Shown in pieces: positions 31,741 to 42,954 of a stretch of DNA of 64,000 bases. The stretch is from the IMG/VR virus record IMGVR_UViG_3300034683_000333; one strand, 5' to 3'. Made by a program: the position numbers and the translations under genes. Source of the stretch: a virus. Under the pieces are notes generated by a model. That model had not been told where the DNA came from. It did not search any database and saw nothing but the letters and a program-made list of their open reading frames with translations. Each line of letters begins with the position of its first letter. Position 1 is the first letter of the stretch.

Positions 31741-32251
31741 AGAGGTGGGAGTCTTCTTGCTTGTTTTCTGATAAAAACTTTTTGTAAATATTCTGCAAAA
31801 ATTCTTCATCAACAACCTCAAATGAATAATCAATTTTATCCAAAAACTTCTTCATTTGATTTATATAATCATTGATATTGTCCATATCTTTATTACATGT
31901 GACATCCTGTGTCAAGTCATTACCAACTCCAAATTCAACGTCTTCTTCCTCCATTGGCAATTTTTTTATCATTGATTTTAACACTTTCAGTGAATCATCA
32001 AACTTTTCAACAACCGGATCTCTATTAGGTGCAACATTGTTATCATCGGAATCATACAAGAACAATTTACTATACACTCGTTTAAAAACCTTGTGCATCA
32101 CATTGTAAAGTCTTGCGAAATCTTCTTCATTAAAATCGTAAATATCGTGATCTTCAACAAAAGCATCGAGAGCATCCAATATATCACTAAATGTAACAAA
32201 ACTTTCGATCATTACAAATCTATTGTCTGTTTGTTGTTGTGTGCGATCCAT
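31718..32251 (-). CDS. Acidic hypothetical protein with its C-terminus replaced by IS sequence
   Basis: The last codons lie in the IS left end. Joining the flanks gives ..LSENIKLIYR*. Confidence 0.65.
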   Translation of the reverse strand: MDRTQQQTDNRFVMIESFVTFSDILDALDAFVEDHDIYDFNEEDFARLYNVMHKVFKRVYSKLFLYDSDDNNVAPNRDPVVEKFDDSLKVLKSMIKKLPMEEEDVEFGVGNDLTQDVTCNKDMDNINDYINQMKKFLDKIDYSFEVVDEEFLQNIYKKFLSENKQEDSHLFRWEMNC

Positions 32252-32822
32252 TTCCGCCCCCTTCTATTTTAATTTGACAAGCCAAACCACTCGTTTTCAA
32301 AAATTCATACATATTATTTTGTGAAAACCTCACACTATTCCACTTATAATTAGTCGCAAGTTTTTCATCAATATCAATGTAACGATCAATCAAATACCTA
32401 AGAAACAAATAAGATTTCTTTAGTGTGTATTTTAGGCTATATTTATACATTATTTTCTCATATACACTACAATCGGCAAGATAGTCACTAACAACACAAT
32501 TATAAAAGCCTCTTGAGACAAAATAACTATGATAGATACACGGATGAAACAACTCAATATGATACCTATTTAATAACTCATGAACTTCTAATATGTTTTC
32601 CTTCATAGGACCAACGGAAATCAGATAAGGAATATCCAACACCACACCAAATGCATAAGAGTTCTTGGTATGGATACACACAATATCCGACGTTGTAAAA
32701 TAACTATACCCTTTTACAAAAAATTCTCCATACCAATCATCGAAACGTGGATGAACACATGTAAAGCGGTTCTTTTGTTTGCTCGTGATCACGCTATCTG
32801 AATTATAGTAAGTCATTGACAC
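32220..32822 (-). CDS. Hypothetical protein
   Basis: 200-aa ORF ending on TAG (short readthrough possible). Confidence 0.65.
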   Translation of the reverse strand: MSMTYYNSDSVITSKQKNRFTCVHPRFDDWYGEFFVKGYSYFTTSDIVCIHTKNSYAFGVVLDIPYLISVGPMKENILEVHELLNRYHIELFHPCIYHSYFVSRGFYNCVVSDYLADCSVYEKIMYKYSLKYTLKKSYLFLRYLIDRYIDIDEKLATNYKWNSVRFSQNNMYEFLKTSGLACQIKIEGGGNGSHTTTNRQ

Positions 32823-32828
32823 TACTCA

Positions 32829-33398
32829 TCAATTCAATGTAGTGTTGTCCACGAATTCTCCAGCCGAACCACCCATACCTGCACTAGATCTGTTATCGGC
32901 AAGTGCTCCCAAAAAATGAACAACCGAAACCCGCATTTTTGGATCAACCGAACAAAATTCTGAATACGCCTCCAAAACCCCCTCGACGGGTTCCAAGATG
33001 AGTGAGGGATTGTTTATGATGATTTTATCTTGTTTCGCAATACCAAACCCGAGACGCACATTCATATCCTCTTGGCCCACACCGGTCTTTTCTCTGGAAA
33101 CCTCGTTTAGGATAACCGTCCCGGAATACATGCTCCCACCCACATGAGCACCACCACATTCCAGGGGTGGAACCAAACTTGCCCGCATCACAAGGGGACC
33201 ATCGACCTTTTCCAATTCCGTCCCTTGAACAACTGGAATGTCACTGGAAGTAAGAAACTCCATGCGTATGAACGCCGGATCTTCCAACACGATCGCACCA
33301 ACATACTTACTCAAATCATCAAACTTCAATTGGGTTTTGCCGATATAATGAAGTCCTGTGGATGTAACAACGATATAAACGTTCTTCTTTTCTTCCAT
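32829..33398 (-). CDS. Hypothetical protein
   Basis: AGGAG RBS, 189 aa. Confidence 0.7.
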   Translation of the reverse strand: MEEKKNVYIVVTSTGLHYIGKTQLKFDDLSKYVGAIVLEDPAFIRMEFLTSSDIPVVQGTELEKVDGPLVMRASLVPPLECGGAHVGGSMYSGTVILNEVSREKTGVGQEDMNVRLGFGIAKQDKIIINNPSLILEPVEGVLEAYSEFCSVDPKMRVSVVHFLGALADNRSSAGMGGSAGEFVDNTTLN

Positions 33399-33421
33399 TT
33401 CATTCTCCTTTGTTTTAAATT

Positions 33422-34381
33422 TTACTTATGTGTATATTTTTTCGAAATGTATTCAAAAACTTTTGAGAACTCATCGATAAAATTAAAATTGAAATGCTCA
33501 TAAAACGGAAAGCAAAGCACGTTAAATTTCTTCGCAAACTTGTTAACGATTTCCTCCACGTCAATCCGTATTCCGATTTTTCTCAACTTACCTAAATATA
33601 GTGTTGGAGAAACAATTTCTGGTACGGTAATATCACGTATCAACTTTGCATAAAATTCTGCATCCGAATCACGCTTGGCACGTCGTAACTTAATACTAGG
33701 AAACGAACCAAACTTGTTTATAACTTGTTCACACACCTTACGAAGTTCATCATTATTTTCAATATCAATCGGAGATAATGTAATCGGAACATGAAGTCCT
33801 TTTGAGAAAGTCTGACCAAAAAAATCTCCAAAAAGAGTATTATAAATCAACATCCCACGTGTGTGGGCACCGATCGACTTCAATTCGGCAAAGTTTTTAG
33901 GTGGATTTATTGGATTTCCTAGATAAGAAAAATCGTATTCTTTAACGGCGGATTCAATTTTGTTAATGATATCCCACAACACATCCCGGAGATTAAAATT
34001 TTCGGCATCTCCCTGAATGTAACGGGTGATCTCATCCACGAGATCCACCACGTACTGCTGTGCCGCACGACGACCCTCGACGCCACGCACTTCCACGTCC
34101 TTTTTTCCCGTCACCGGATCAACCGTACAAGCAATGTATCGCTTGATTTTATACGCAACCATGCGACTTACAACAAATTCGTTTTTAAGTCTCATCCTAA
34201 CGAAATCGGTTCGATTCATATTGTGACGATCCATAAAATTAAGCATTTCTTTATTTAGATCGTCCTCGATTTCTTTGATGAGTCCGGTGTCGTTTCCAGG
34301 AAGTCGAATAAACAGACTATCCGTATCAATGATCTTGACGACATCCGTATCTTCAGCATATCGCACAATGTCACTTAACAT
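33422..34381 (-). CDS. Family B DNA polymerase, C-terminal subunit (motif C and thumb)
   Basis: IIDTDSLFI, LKNE, KRY and VRGVE. Confidence 0.8.
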   Translation of the reverse strand: MLSDIVRYAEDTDVVKIIDTDSLFIRLPGNDTGLIKEIEDDLNKEMLNFMDRHNMNRTDFVRMRLKNEFVVSRMVAYKIKRYIACTVDPVTGKKDVEVRGVEGRRAAQQYVVDLVDEITRYIQGDAENFNLRDVLWDIINKIESAVKEYDFSYLGNPINPPKNFAELKSIGAHTRGMLIYNTLFGDFFGQTFSKGLHVPITLSPIDIENNDELRKVCEQVINKFGSFPSIKLRRAKRDSDAEFYAKLIRDITVPEIVSPTLYLGKLRKIGIRIDVEEIVNKFAKKFNVLCFPFYEHFNFNFIDEFSKVFEYISKKYTHK

Positions 34382-34758
34382 TTCTTATTTAACACCTTTT
34401 TCAAAGGTTCCAAACTAATGTTAAAACTATGGTCAAAAGTGACTTTCCAGTCATTTTCTTCCATAACTTTTCCAATAATCTATGGAAAATCACATACTTC
34501 AATACGAGCATTGCTGTTCATACTCACATCAAAGGCAATCTCGACGCTTCCATTAAGCCAATCATAAAACAACAGCCTTACGTTGTCAACAAGAAATGTA
34601 TTATCTGCATCCGGGGAAGAGATTTCGCAAAATCCATTGTACATCAAAGCTCCTGAAATATACATTCGTCTCATATCATCCAGTACATCTTCATCAAACT
34701 CAGTTAGATCTATACAAAAAGAAACAATTGCAAAAACCACATCTGTTTGTTCAACCAT
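34375..34758 (-). CDS. Hypothetical protein (1 TAG)
   Basis: Readthrough of TAG 34480 ends at a TAA that overlaps the next ATG. Confidence 0.7.
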
Positions 34759-34772
34759 TGTGCTACCTCCAT

Positions 34773-35699
34773 TTAAACAAAAATCTCTCGATAAAAATAG
34801 CTATACAAATCTTCATATATCATCAATGTATTATTCGTTTCATTAACCTCTTCGTAGTACGTCAAATCATTTAATTCATGTACTGTTTCATAAAACAAAG
34901 ATAGAAATAAATAACTATTAAGCATTGTAACATATGTATCAATACGCTTTGTTGACACTTTTTTGACTTTTTTGTTCATGAAATGTTTTATTTTAAAAAA
35001 TTTATTCATGTCGTAATAAACGTCAAAAAATTTAGCGGTAATGTTACCAGAAAAAGGGACAACCTCCTTAGAAATCAAATCAATGTACTTTTTGTCGATC
35101 CAATTCTTTTCGTTATTTAACTTATGAATAACGAATCCTCCTGATAAATACTTGCTAACAAGATATTTCAACATATCTGAGAAAGTGACAAAAAAGTGTC
35201 TAAGAACAAAATACAACTCGTCATCAGTAAAGTTGCACAAAAACGAATAGATTGAATCAGAACTTTGAACACGATCATATCCAGGAATGAATCCGTGTTT
35301 CAAAATTTCACGGTAATTACCACAAAGGTCTTTATCAAAATCATCAACAATAAATTTGTAAGTCAGTTTGATTGGCTGAATTTCATCACCATCGCCGAGA
35401 ATAACATCACGCAATGTAAATCCAAGGTGGACATGATTCTGCTTATTCCATCGCATCTACAAATCGTACAATACAGTGTCGATATAATACCAATAATCTT
35501 CTTCATTTATTTTGAGATCTTGCTTAATGGATTGAATACTTTTCTTCTTGGAATTGGGATCATACATAAAATCAAACACCGTGGAATCCAAGATGTGTTT
35601 GCTTTTTGTGGGGTTATCACCCGTTTCAATCTCCCCGCCAAATTCACCAAATACGACATTATTGATGTAATACTCCTGACGATCTGCACGATTTCCCAT
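34773..35699 (-). CDS. 308-aa hypothetical protein (1 TAG)
   Basis: TAG 35457 is directly followed in frame by ORF 34773..35456. Confidence 0.72.
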
Positions 35700-35739
35700 A
35701 ATTTAGTCCTCCTTGGAGTTGTTTATATTTTACTGGATA

Positions 35740-37902
35740 TTACCAACCATTCTTCTGAAAAACCTCGTTGATGTACTTGTTGGCGTACAAAATCTCCATA
35801 CGCCCCGTTGACGTGACACACGAAACAAGCAGTCGATTAAACAAAACTCCAAATGAATATCCAAAATATCCGTAAATCGAATTCGCATAAATTTTATAAA
35901 ACAACTGATAAATATGATACTTTCTTTTTTCTATCGGATCTGTCGCTTCGGCCTTTTTCTTTTTATACTCCGCACGAATTGTCAACAATCGCTCACACAT
36001 CTTTGCAATAAATCCAGGCTTCTTATCGTATATAATCCCTATATTAGCAATTGTGTATTTCCCAGAACGGAAAATACCACGATACACTTTGGAAGCGGAT
36101 ACATTTAAAAAACGATCTTTTACAAAATCATAGACAACGACACGTCGATCATCTCTTGGCTCATCGAAACCATTATAGAGATAATCGATGGTTTCTCGAA
36201 TGGGAGTGATAAACCTGGCCGTCTCAACACTGATGTTAAGACCATACATAATTGTCGGGTACATAGAGAAAAAATCAAGGTCGATGAGTTTTTCGGAAAC
36301 ACCAATAAAACTCTTATTGTAAGCACCACCATAAGAACGAATTGAATGGATGTTGGGGGCGATCACTTTACGCACCCAATCCCATTCATCCTCACCTTCA
36401 CTAAGTCGATTGTGACAAGATGTGGTCACCTGGTGAGCATCCAGGAACTTTTTCCGTTGATCCTCCTTGATCTTCCCACGTCGAATCTGACCAAGCAAAG
36501 TCTGAATGCTATATACCTTCGTATCACTTGAATCATCATCGGAATCATCGTTGTCACTGTTTGTATTATCTTCAGAAACATCATTTTCATCAAGAGATGT
36601 GATATGATTTTTCAAGAAATTGACAATATTCTTATAGAAATATATCTTCAAATCTTTCTTCTCCAAACCATAAAAATCTGCATTAACAGCCTTATATACT
36701 TCATTGAAATAATAGTTATAATAGTTTGTAAACTTTGAAGCAATAAACACAATACCATTAGCTTTACCAAATTTCATAAAATATGGTTCAAGTATGTTCT
36801 TTACATTAAAAACATGCAATACGGCACCATTCTTATGAAACTCAAACATAACATCAATAAGATTAAGATTTTGATCCATCAAATAAATAAGAAAACAGTC
36901 AACGATATTATATGCAATATCAAGAAATGTATCGCTTTCAATTTTATTTACACCAAGTACAGCATTTGCAATATAATCAAGCTTCATACTTGGCATATTT
37001 TTCGATACAATAAACTTATAAAGATTCATGTAATCAATTGAAAACCCATGTGAAAATACATAACACTTTTCAAATCCATCAAACGTTGTATAATATTCAA
37101 TTTTAATACTATTCTTTTCACACCTATTGATAAGATATTGAAGGTCAAAGTTATTAACATTCCATCCAGTAACAATCGCAAATTGCCGCAAACACTTTAA
37201 AATATCAACCAACATCGAACTTTCTTCATCGTAAACATTATAAACAATCCGAAGATCTTCAAAGTCACTGGAATTCACACGACCAGAAACGTGATTCTTA
37301 ATTTTTTCCATAATCTCGTCATGAGATGTGAACTCCACCCGATCACGGAGATAAAACACATTTGCCGTCTTCGTCTCGCAATCGAAGATTGTTGCCAAAT
37401 CGATGGGATATTTTGCCTTCCCGGGATCAGGAAACGAACCGTCATCGGGAAACATCTCGATATCGAACACACACACCCGTACATCATTTCGATCGGCAAG
37501 CGTCACGGGAAGTGTCTTGATGTGGTATTCTGAACGAAACGTATTGTAGGTAAGATACCGAGTGGGATGAAATTCTGTATTGGCAACGGCAGAATATGAT
37601 TTGACATCGCCAATGGTGGAAAGGTGCATCGGATGGACTTCGATTTTTTCACATCGCTTTGCATACTGAAGATACAAAGCTTGAAATTTGTTGCTCTCTG
37701 TTTTCAGATTATCAATGCTATACCTATACACCGGGACCTTAATAGAAACCCGCTTTGAAACAACATGCTTCGTTTCCTTATTTACGAAATGCAAAACACA
37801 TTGTTTTCCAACATAATAAGCATTTAGAAGAACATACCCCTTCTCTTCCCCACGCTTAATCAAATCCAAAATATCAGACAAGCTCATTTCTTGTTGCATC
37901 AA
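35740..37902 (-). CDS. Family B DNA polymerase, N-terminal subunit (3'-5' exonuclease plus motifs A and B)
   Basis: VFDIEM, TGWNVNNFDLQY, MKLDYIA, YNIVD, DLDFFSMYP and KIYANSIYG. It lacks motif C and ends on TAA. Confidence 0.9.
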   Translation of the reverse strand: MMQQEMSLSDILDLIKRGEEKGYVLLNAYYVGKQCVLHFVNKETKHVVSKRVSIKVPVYRYSIDNLKTESNKFQALYLQYAKRCEKIEVHPMHLSTIGDVKSYSAVANTEFHPTRYLTYNTFRSEYHIKTLPVTLADRNDVRVCVFDIEMFPDDGSFPDPGKAKYPIDLATIFDCETKTANVFYLRDRVEFTSHDEIMEKIKNHVSGRVNSSDFEDLRIVYNVYDEESSMLVDILKCLRQFAIVTGWNVNNFDLQYLINRCEKNSIKIEYYTTFDGFEKCYVFSHGFSIDYMNLYKFIVSKNMPSMKLDYIANAVLGVNKIESDTFLDIAYNIVDCFLIYLMDQNLNLIDVMFEFHKNGAVLHVFNVKNILEPYFMKFGKANGIVFIASKFTNYYNYYFNEVYKAVNADFYGLEKKDLKIYFYKNIVNFLKNHITSLDENDVSEDNTNSDNDDSDDDSSDTKVYSIQTLLGQIRRGKIKEDQRKKFLDAHQVTTSCHNRLSEGEDEWDWVRKVIAPNIHSIRSYGGAYNKSFIGVSEKLIDLDFFSMYPTIMYGLNISVETARFITPIRETIDYLYNGFDEPRDDRRVVVYDFVKDRFLNVSASKVYRGIFRSGKYTIANIGIIYDKKPGFIAKMCERLLTIRAEYKKKKAEATDPIEKRKYHIYQLFYKIYANSIYGYFGYSFGVLFNRLLVSCVTSTGRMEILYANKYINEVFQKNGW

Positions 37903-37904
37903 GA

Positions 37905-38999
37905 TTATACTCCCGATATCGGAATGTTTTTGATATTCGTTGACACCACACTCTGATAATATCGCTTGACATTTGAATTTAAAATATTCCGAAACCGGAT
38001 TAGCAACATCAACACCCCAAACGCCTTCTCCTTATCCCCATTATCGTACATCATATCGACGAACATGTCAAGACATTTTGCATAAGTAAAAATGTATTCC
38101 AAAATATCAAAATAGTATTCAGTACTTAAAAAATCATGTATGATATTTCTATATTTCAACCAAACACTGATTTCAATACCATTTAATACAACATAATGAC
38201 TTGAGATATCTTTTATAATGAAGTCCATAAAAGACTTATTATCTATTGATTGACGAATTTTATTTCCAATCACATACAATACAAATGATATAGTAGTTAT
38301 TGTACCCAACGGAATTGTAAGCTTTTCATTTTCCAGCTTCTTTATATATGGAATACCATAAACATCAATAAAAGACTTGAATTTATGAATATTATATTTA
38401 CCAGACATTAACATTGAACGATAAGCTGTCGCCGTCTTGATAAATTCATCGAATTCATTAGAATTAGATAAAATCAAATTAGACAATGTGTCAAGTCTGT
38501 TATAGAAATTTACAAAACAACCCTAAGTATCGTAAAACCACTTGCTGGGTTTTGCATATGAAAAACCATTTTGACATTTACAAAGTGCGCTTAACTCCCT
38601 CGTCCTGACGATATTCAACACCATGGTCAACCTTGGGTTTCCCTTGAACAACAGAATTGTGTTGGATGAATCTTTAGACTCTGGAATCAAACCACTAAAC
38701 AAATCACGATACCACGTCAAATTGTTAACAAACCGATCCTCAATAATATCGAACACTTTTATTCTACGATCAAAATTAAACGACTTATATACACTATTTT
38801 TTTCATCATCAACAGTACAATAATTGCGTAAATAATAATAAATTGAATTTTTTAGACTACTTTCGTTTCCAGATGTGTAATGTTTTATGTTATTAAAAAT
38901 AAAATCAAGGGCAGTTTCGAAACTGCCCATGTTACGCAAATAGTCAACTCCGACCGACTGAACAAAGGTCTCAATAATCGGTTTGTAGTTACACTTCAA
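37905..38999 (-). CDS. 364-aa hypothetical protein (1 TAG)
   Basis: TAG 38523 joins two track ORFs in frame. Confidence 0.72.
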
Positions 39000-40227
39000 G
39001 TTCGCCTCCTATGTCCGAAAAGTCCGCAGATTCAGAAAAATCATTGAATCGGCAAAACGAAAAATACGGACACCACCCACACAACATCGTATCACCGGAA
39101 GGGTACTTAATGCTTTCCCGTGAAAACAGAAGGTGCATCACCTTAAACATACCCGACATCAAGACCATCGGAACATAGTAGTAATTGTTCTCGTTCGAAT
39201 CTTTAAGCGTTTTAGAATACAACAAATTATATTGTTTCTGGAGCGACGTTCGATGCTTATCATAGAATTCGAAAAATGAAGTTATTCTATTAACATACGT
39301 ATGCAAACGGTCAATGACGATATTGCGGTTCACCTGCTTTGGATTGACCCGAACCTTACCTTCTTTAACCACGAGAAGATATTTAGTAACCGGAACGTTC
39401 GGAAATCCGAGACTATAGTAGAACAACTGCTGCCAGTTAAGGTAATTTGGATTTCCCAATTTATAGTCCAGGATATGAACATGGTCAGGATACTTTACCA
39501 CAAGATCCGAAATACCAACAAATTTCACACCATTGGAAATATTCAATTCAAAACGAAATTCAGGGACCAACTCAAAACCGTGGTGATTTCCACAAATTTT
39601 TGTGAGAAATCCACCGAGCATCCGAGTACCTTCCCGAACACCGTTGTCAATGGCATAATAATCGGTAAAACAGTTCATCCTCGGAAGAAACGACCGAAGT
39701 AACTCCACATCCGAATAAACCAGATCATAGCGAACAGAATACGATGGAAAGAAAACGGAGATGATTTCCTTTACCATCTCATTTGGGTTAGAATATTCGC
39801 TCGGTTCAAATATCTTGGCATAGCCACGATGAACTTCATGAACAATATCAATAAATAGTTTTCGATCAAAAACTCCTGGTTCGGAGTTATTATTATAATT
39901 GATAATAACATCTTCGAGAAACTTATGAACAACCTTACCAGTAAAAATTTCCTCACTTATAGTAAAAAACCACTGACCAAGCACATAGGAAAGCGCATAC
40001 TTCATAATACACTGATCGAATGTATTCATCTCAGAATAACTTATTGATTTCTTGACCCGTTTTTTGAACACATTGCTAGGGTAAAGCGGTGTTAGATCCG
40101 CCACCCGGTAAAACGAGTCAACACCAGAAAGGCGCTCGGCGATTCTCGGCAATGTCCACCCTTTCCTAGAATCATTTCGTTCCGGTAGAACCAAGTCCCG
40201 AAGTTCTTGTGCTGTATTGATCATCAT
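38989..40227 (-). CDS. PD-(D/E)XK exonuclease (RecB / Cas4-like, putative Fe-S); start perhaps TTG at about 40153
   Basis: SYSEMNTFDQC, GKVVHKFLE, GISDLV..ILDYKLG and CGWCPYFSFC. Confidence 0.82.
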   Translation of the reverse strand: MMINTAQELRDLVLPERNDSRKGWTLPRIAERLSGVDSFYRVADLTPLYPSNVFKKRVKKSISYSEMNTFDQCIMKYALSYVLGQWFFTISEEIFTGKVVHKFLEDVIINYNNNSEPGVFDRKLFIDIVHEVHRGYAKIFEPSEYSNPNEMVKEIISVFFPSYSVRYDLVYSDVELLRSFLPRMNCFTDYYAIDNGVREGTRMLGGFLTKICGNHHGFELVPEFRFELNISNGVKFVGISDLVVKYPDHVHILDYKLGNPNYLNWQQLFYYSLGFPNVPVTKYLLVVKEGKVRVNPKQVNRNIVIDRLHTYVNRITSFFEFYDKHRTSLQKQYNLLYSKTLKDSNENNYYYVPMVLMSGMFKVMHLLFSRESIKYPSGDTMLCGWCPYFSFCRFNDFSESADFSDIGGELEV

Positions 40228-40720
40228 ATTGACTCACATCCTCTGTTAGCACACTGAAATCTACCCGAATCATGGGAACAATTTCAGCCTGTGCGATTCG
40301 TTCCCCATGAGAAATCTTTACGGGAATATTACTCACATTCATCGCCAAAACAAACGTTTGTTCTGGATAGTCGTAATCAATAACACCCTCACAATTCGCC
40401 AGAATCAATCCATTTTTGAGTGCCATTCCAGACCGTGGGTGGATTCTCATGGAATGCCCAACCGGAATATGGAACTTCATCCCGGTGGGAATAAGCACCC
40501 TGTGGAACGGTTTAATGATAACAGATTCTTCCTCGATTTCAATAATTTCTTTTTCATTTTGTGGTGAATACCCCACAACCGTCTCAACCCTAAGATACGC
40601 TCGGAGATCAAAACAGCAACTTCCAAGTGTTGCATATCCAGGAATTTCAACATCTTCAAAAATCTTATAAATCCCAAGAGTCAAATTGTCAATACCCTTA
40701 CAATTACAGATGGTTTTCAT
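40172..40720 (-). CDS. dut: Trimeric dUTPase
   Basis: CFDLRA, PRSGMALK, GVIDYDY, GERIAQ and GLGSTG. Confidence 0.95.
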   Translation of the reverse strand: MKTICNCKGIDNLTLGIYKIFEDVEIPGYATLGSCCFDLRAYLRVETVVGYSPQNEKEIIEIEEESVIIKPFHRVLIPTGMKFHIPVGHSMRIHPRSGMALKNGLILANCEGVIDYDYPEQTFVLAMNVSNIPVKISHGERIAQAEIVPMIRVDFSVLTEDVSQYDDQYSTRTSGLGSTGTK

Positions 40721-40735
40721 TATTAAAATCTCCTT

Positions 40736-41065
40736 TCAATTGGATTCAGCAAGTACAAGACAATTTTCATCAACGTAATCACAGCAATACCATTTTCCAT
40801 CCAAAAGAATAATTTGTGGGATATATTGAGATCCCTTCGCAACGCAATTTACCTGCTTGCAATCTTTATCCCAATTACACCTAAACTCATCTGTTTCAAA
40901 TATATGACTCTCAAGTAGTGCTATCTGACGCTTACGAACCAAACTCGAATTACATCTTTTACACGTCACTGAATCACCCCCTAACACCGTTTCTACGTCC
41001 AATTTTGTTAATGAACGACATCTAACACACTAAAAGTTATCAAGATAAGCTTTATCTTTTTTCAT
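40736..41065 (-). CDS. Cys-rich Zn-binding protein (1 TAG)
   Basis: ATG 41065 forms an ATGA overlap. NF*CVRC and CKRC motifs. Confidence 0.7.
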
Positions 41066-42111
41066 CTCAAAACCTCACACTCGATTGTATCAATAAGTTT
41101 ACCATATCTTTTAATTGAGTCAAGGGAAGGCATATTCGATTGCGTTTTTACCTTCAACCAACCTAAATATGACAATATTTTTAAAACATTTAAAAACTCA
41201 TCGGAATTGCTACAAAACTCAAACTTGTATGCGCCACCCATAAATGCATACGATGATAGGATCACATCCCCCGCACCGACAACCGTTTGTCCCAGCGATT
41301 CGACATAATGGGGAACACCAACACAAAAACCGTGTCCGTGCGTAGAATATCCATACAACCCCCTCGACCCATTTGTAACAATAATGGAATCCAAATGCAA
41401 TATTAACGAAAGATATTTCATTCGGTTATAGATTTTACTGTCATTAACAGAATACATTTTACATAGTTTCGTAAATTCTTTCATGTTACACGTCAAATGG
41501 TTACACCACTCAATATATCTACGTATCACACTTGGACGACAATTTACAACAACGCTATCGTAACATCCAGTTAGATCCGTTTTTATTCTGCTGATAAAAT
41601 AATCAGATATGAATCCCTTTGCATAATCTGGAATAACAAGCACATTATAATACGATCTACTCATATTTTGTTGCATCATGGTCAACAATTCATCGTACAA
41701 ATAATCAGGATACCCATTAAACTCTGAAAAACATTTATCATAATCAATTCGTGTAATGTATCTTTTCGTATCTTGTTCAATAAAACGATCTTTTACTGGA
41801 ATGCTTTGTTTTTCTATAAAATCCGCAATAATAGCATTAAGTGTAAATTGTTTTGGAACACCATTAATTAAACTTGAATCATTTTTTGTCAATAATGAAT
41901 AAAAATCAACTCGATTGGGGCAAAAAGTACCTAAAATATTCGCAACATTTGTTGATCCACCATATCTTGTTTCCATAGAACAAACATCAACAATTTGATT
42001 ACTTGGCAATTCCAAATTGTCTCGAAAAACAATGCAGTCAAAAAATCGGTCTAAAATCACATCCCCAATCACATGGAACCTAACGTTACTAGGAACAGAC
42101 TTCTAGATCAT
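41062..42111 (-). CDS. PfkB-family sugar kinase (HldE / RfaE kinase-like), TAG at codon 3
   Basis: AGGAGG RBS, then MI*KSV..VIGDVILD, GGSTNVA, PDYAKG, VTNGSRG and VGAGD. Confidence 0.8.
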
Positions 42112-42162
42112 TGCATTCCTCCTAAAAAAAAAAAGAGAGATGGTGTTTCCCCCATCTCAAAC

Positions 42163-42933
42163 TCAAAACTCCACAGTAAATTCATCATTCGCAACAAAGT
42201 CAGACTCATCTGTTGCAAAATCAACGTCGTTAAATTCTTCATTCGACGCCCCACCAGTTACCTCGGGTTTGGCACTTGCTACTGCGCCAGCCCTACGGCT
42301 CGGAAGCTCATCGGCGGACTGATAGCCGTTTTTGAGCTGGTTTTGTGGAGCCAATCCGGGACCACTTGCCCGATAAACCATGCCCATGATCCGATGGATC
42401 AGGCAATTCTGGTGGTAGGACGCCAAAAAATTTTCCACATAATCGGCGATCATGTTCGCTTCGGCGTCCGTAACGGATACCGTGATCTGCCCACTGAATG
42501 TTACACGGAGATAATACTTTCCCTGATAACACCCAGGCATGATATAGATCATCGTTCGCTTCTTGGGATTGCTGAACTTCTGCTCATCAGCAATCGACTT
42601 GTACTTGGCCGAAATTTCGTCATTATCGACCTTATTCTTCTTAAGTGCACCCAAAATCTGACACCACTTCCGCCAACGATAAGCGAACTCCCAAATGGTA
42701 TTATACGCTGTGAAATAATAGGTATTCTCCCGCTTCCAATCGTAGGTGCGATTATCCCCCGAAGACCCCTCATTAACATGGGCAAACTGGATCACAAACA
42801 CGGGGTTACTCTGATACCCCTTCGAAAAATAGCTCACCCCAACATACATCGCCGCCTTGGGACGATAAACACCAAAGCTGTTTTCGAAGTTAATAAAATT
42901 GTTGTTGTCGTTTTTTCCGTTTGTGTACGCCAT
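42163..42933 (-). CDS. Putative ssDNA-binding protein
   Basis: Lies downstream of recA and has an acidic tail ending in DEFTVEF. No family motif was recognised. Confidence 0.5.
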   Translation of the reverse strand: MAYTNGKNDNNNFINFENSFGVYRPKAAMYVGVSYFSKGYQSNPVFVIQFAHVNEGSSGDNRTYDWKRENTYYFTAYNTIWEFAYRWRKWCQILGALKKNKVDNDEISAKYKSIADEQKFSNPKKRTMIYIMPGCYQGKYYLRVTFSGQITVSVTDAEANMIADYVENFLASYHQNCLIHRIMGMVYRASGPGLAPQNQLKNGYQSADELPSRRAGAVASAKPEVTGGASNEEFNDVDFATDESDFVANDEFTVEF

Positions 42934-42954
42934 GATTAACCCCCCTTTTTTTGT

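Larger units (their letters stand above)
30191..31763 (-). mobile_element. tnpB-only IS200/605-family (IS1341-like) element with a divergent RHH gene
   Basis: Left end CAAGCAAGAAGACTCCCACCTCTTTAGGTGGGAG and right end CCCACTT..AAGTGGGAGAGGTTCAAC. Its GC content is much lower than the flanks. Confidence 0.85.

Noticed and set aside
34375-35699. Intein or self-splicing intron between the polB halves
   Set aside because: Both halves have their own start and TAA stop. No intein terminal residues, homing endonuclease motif or intron core was recognised.
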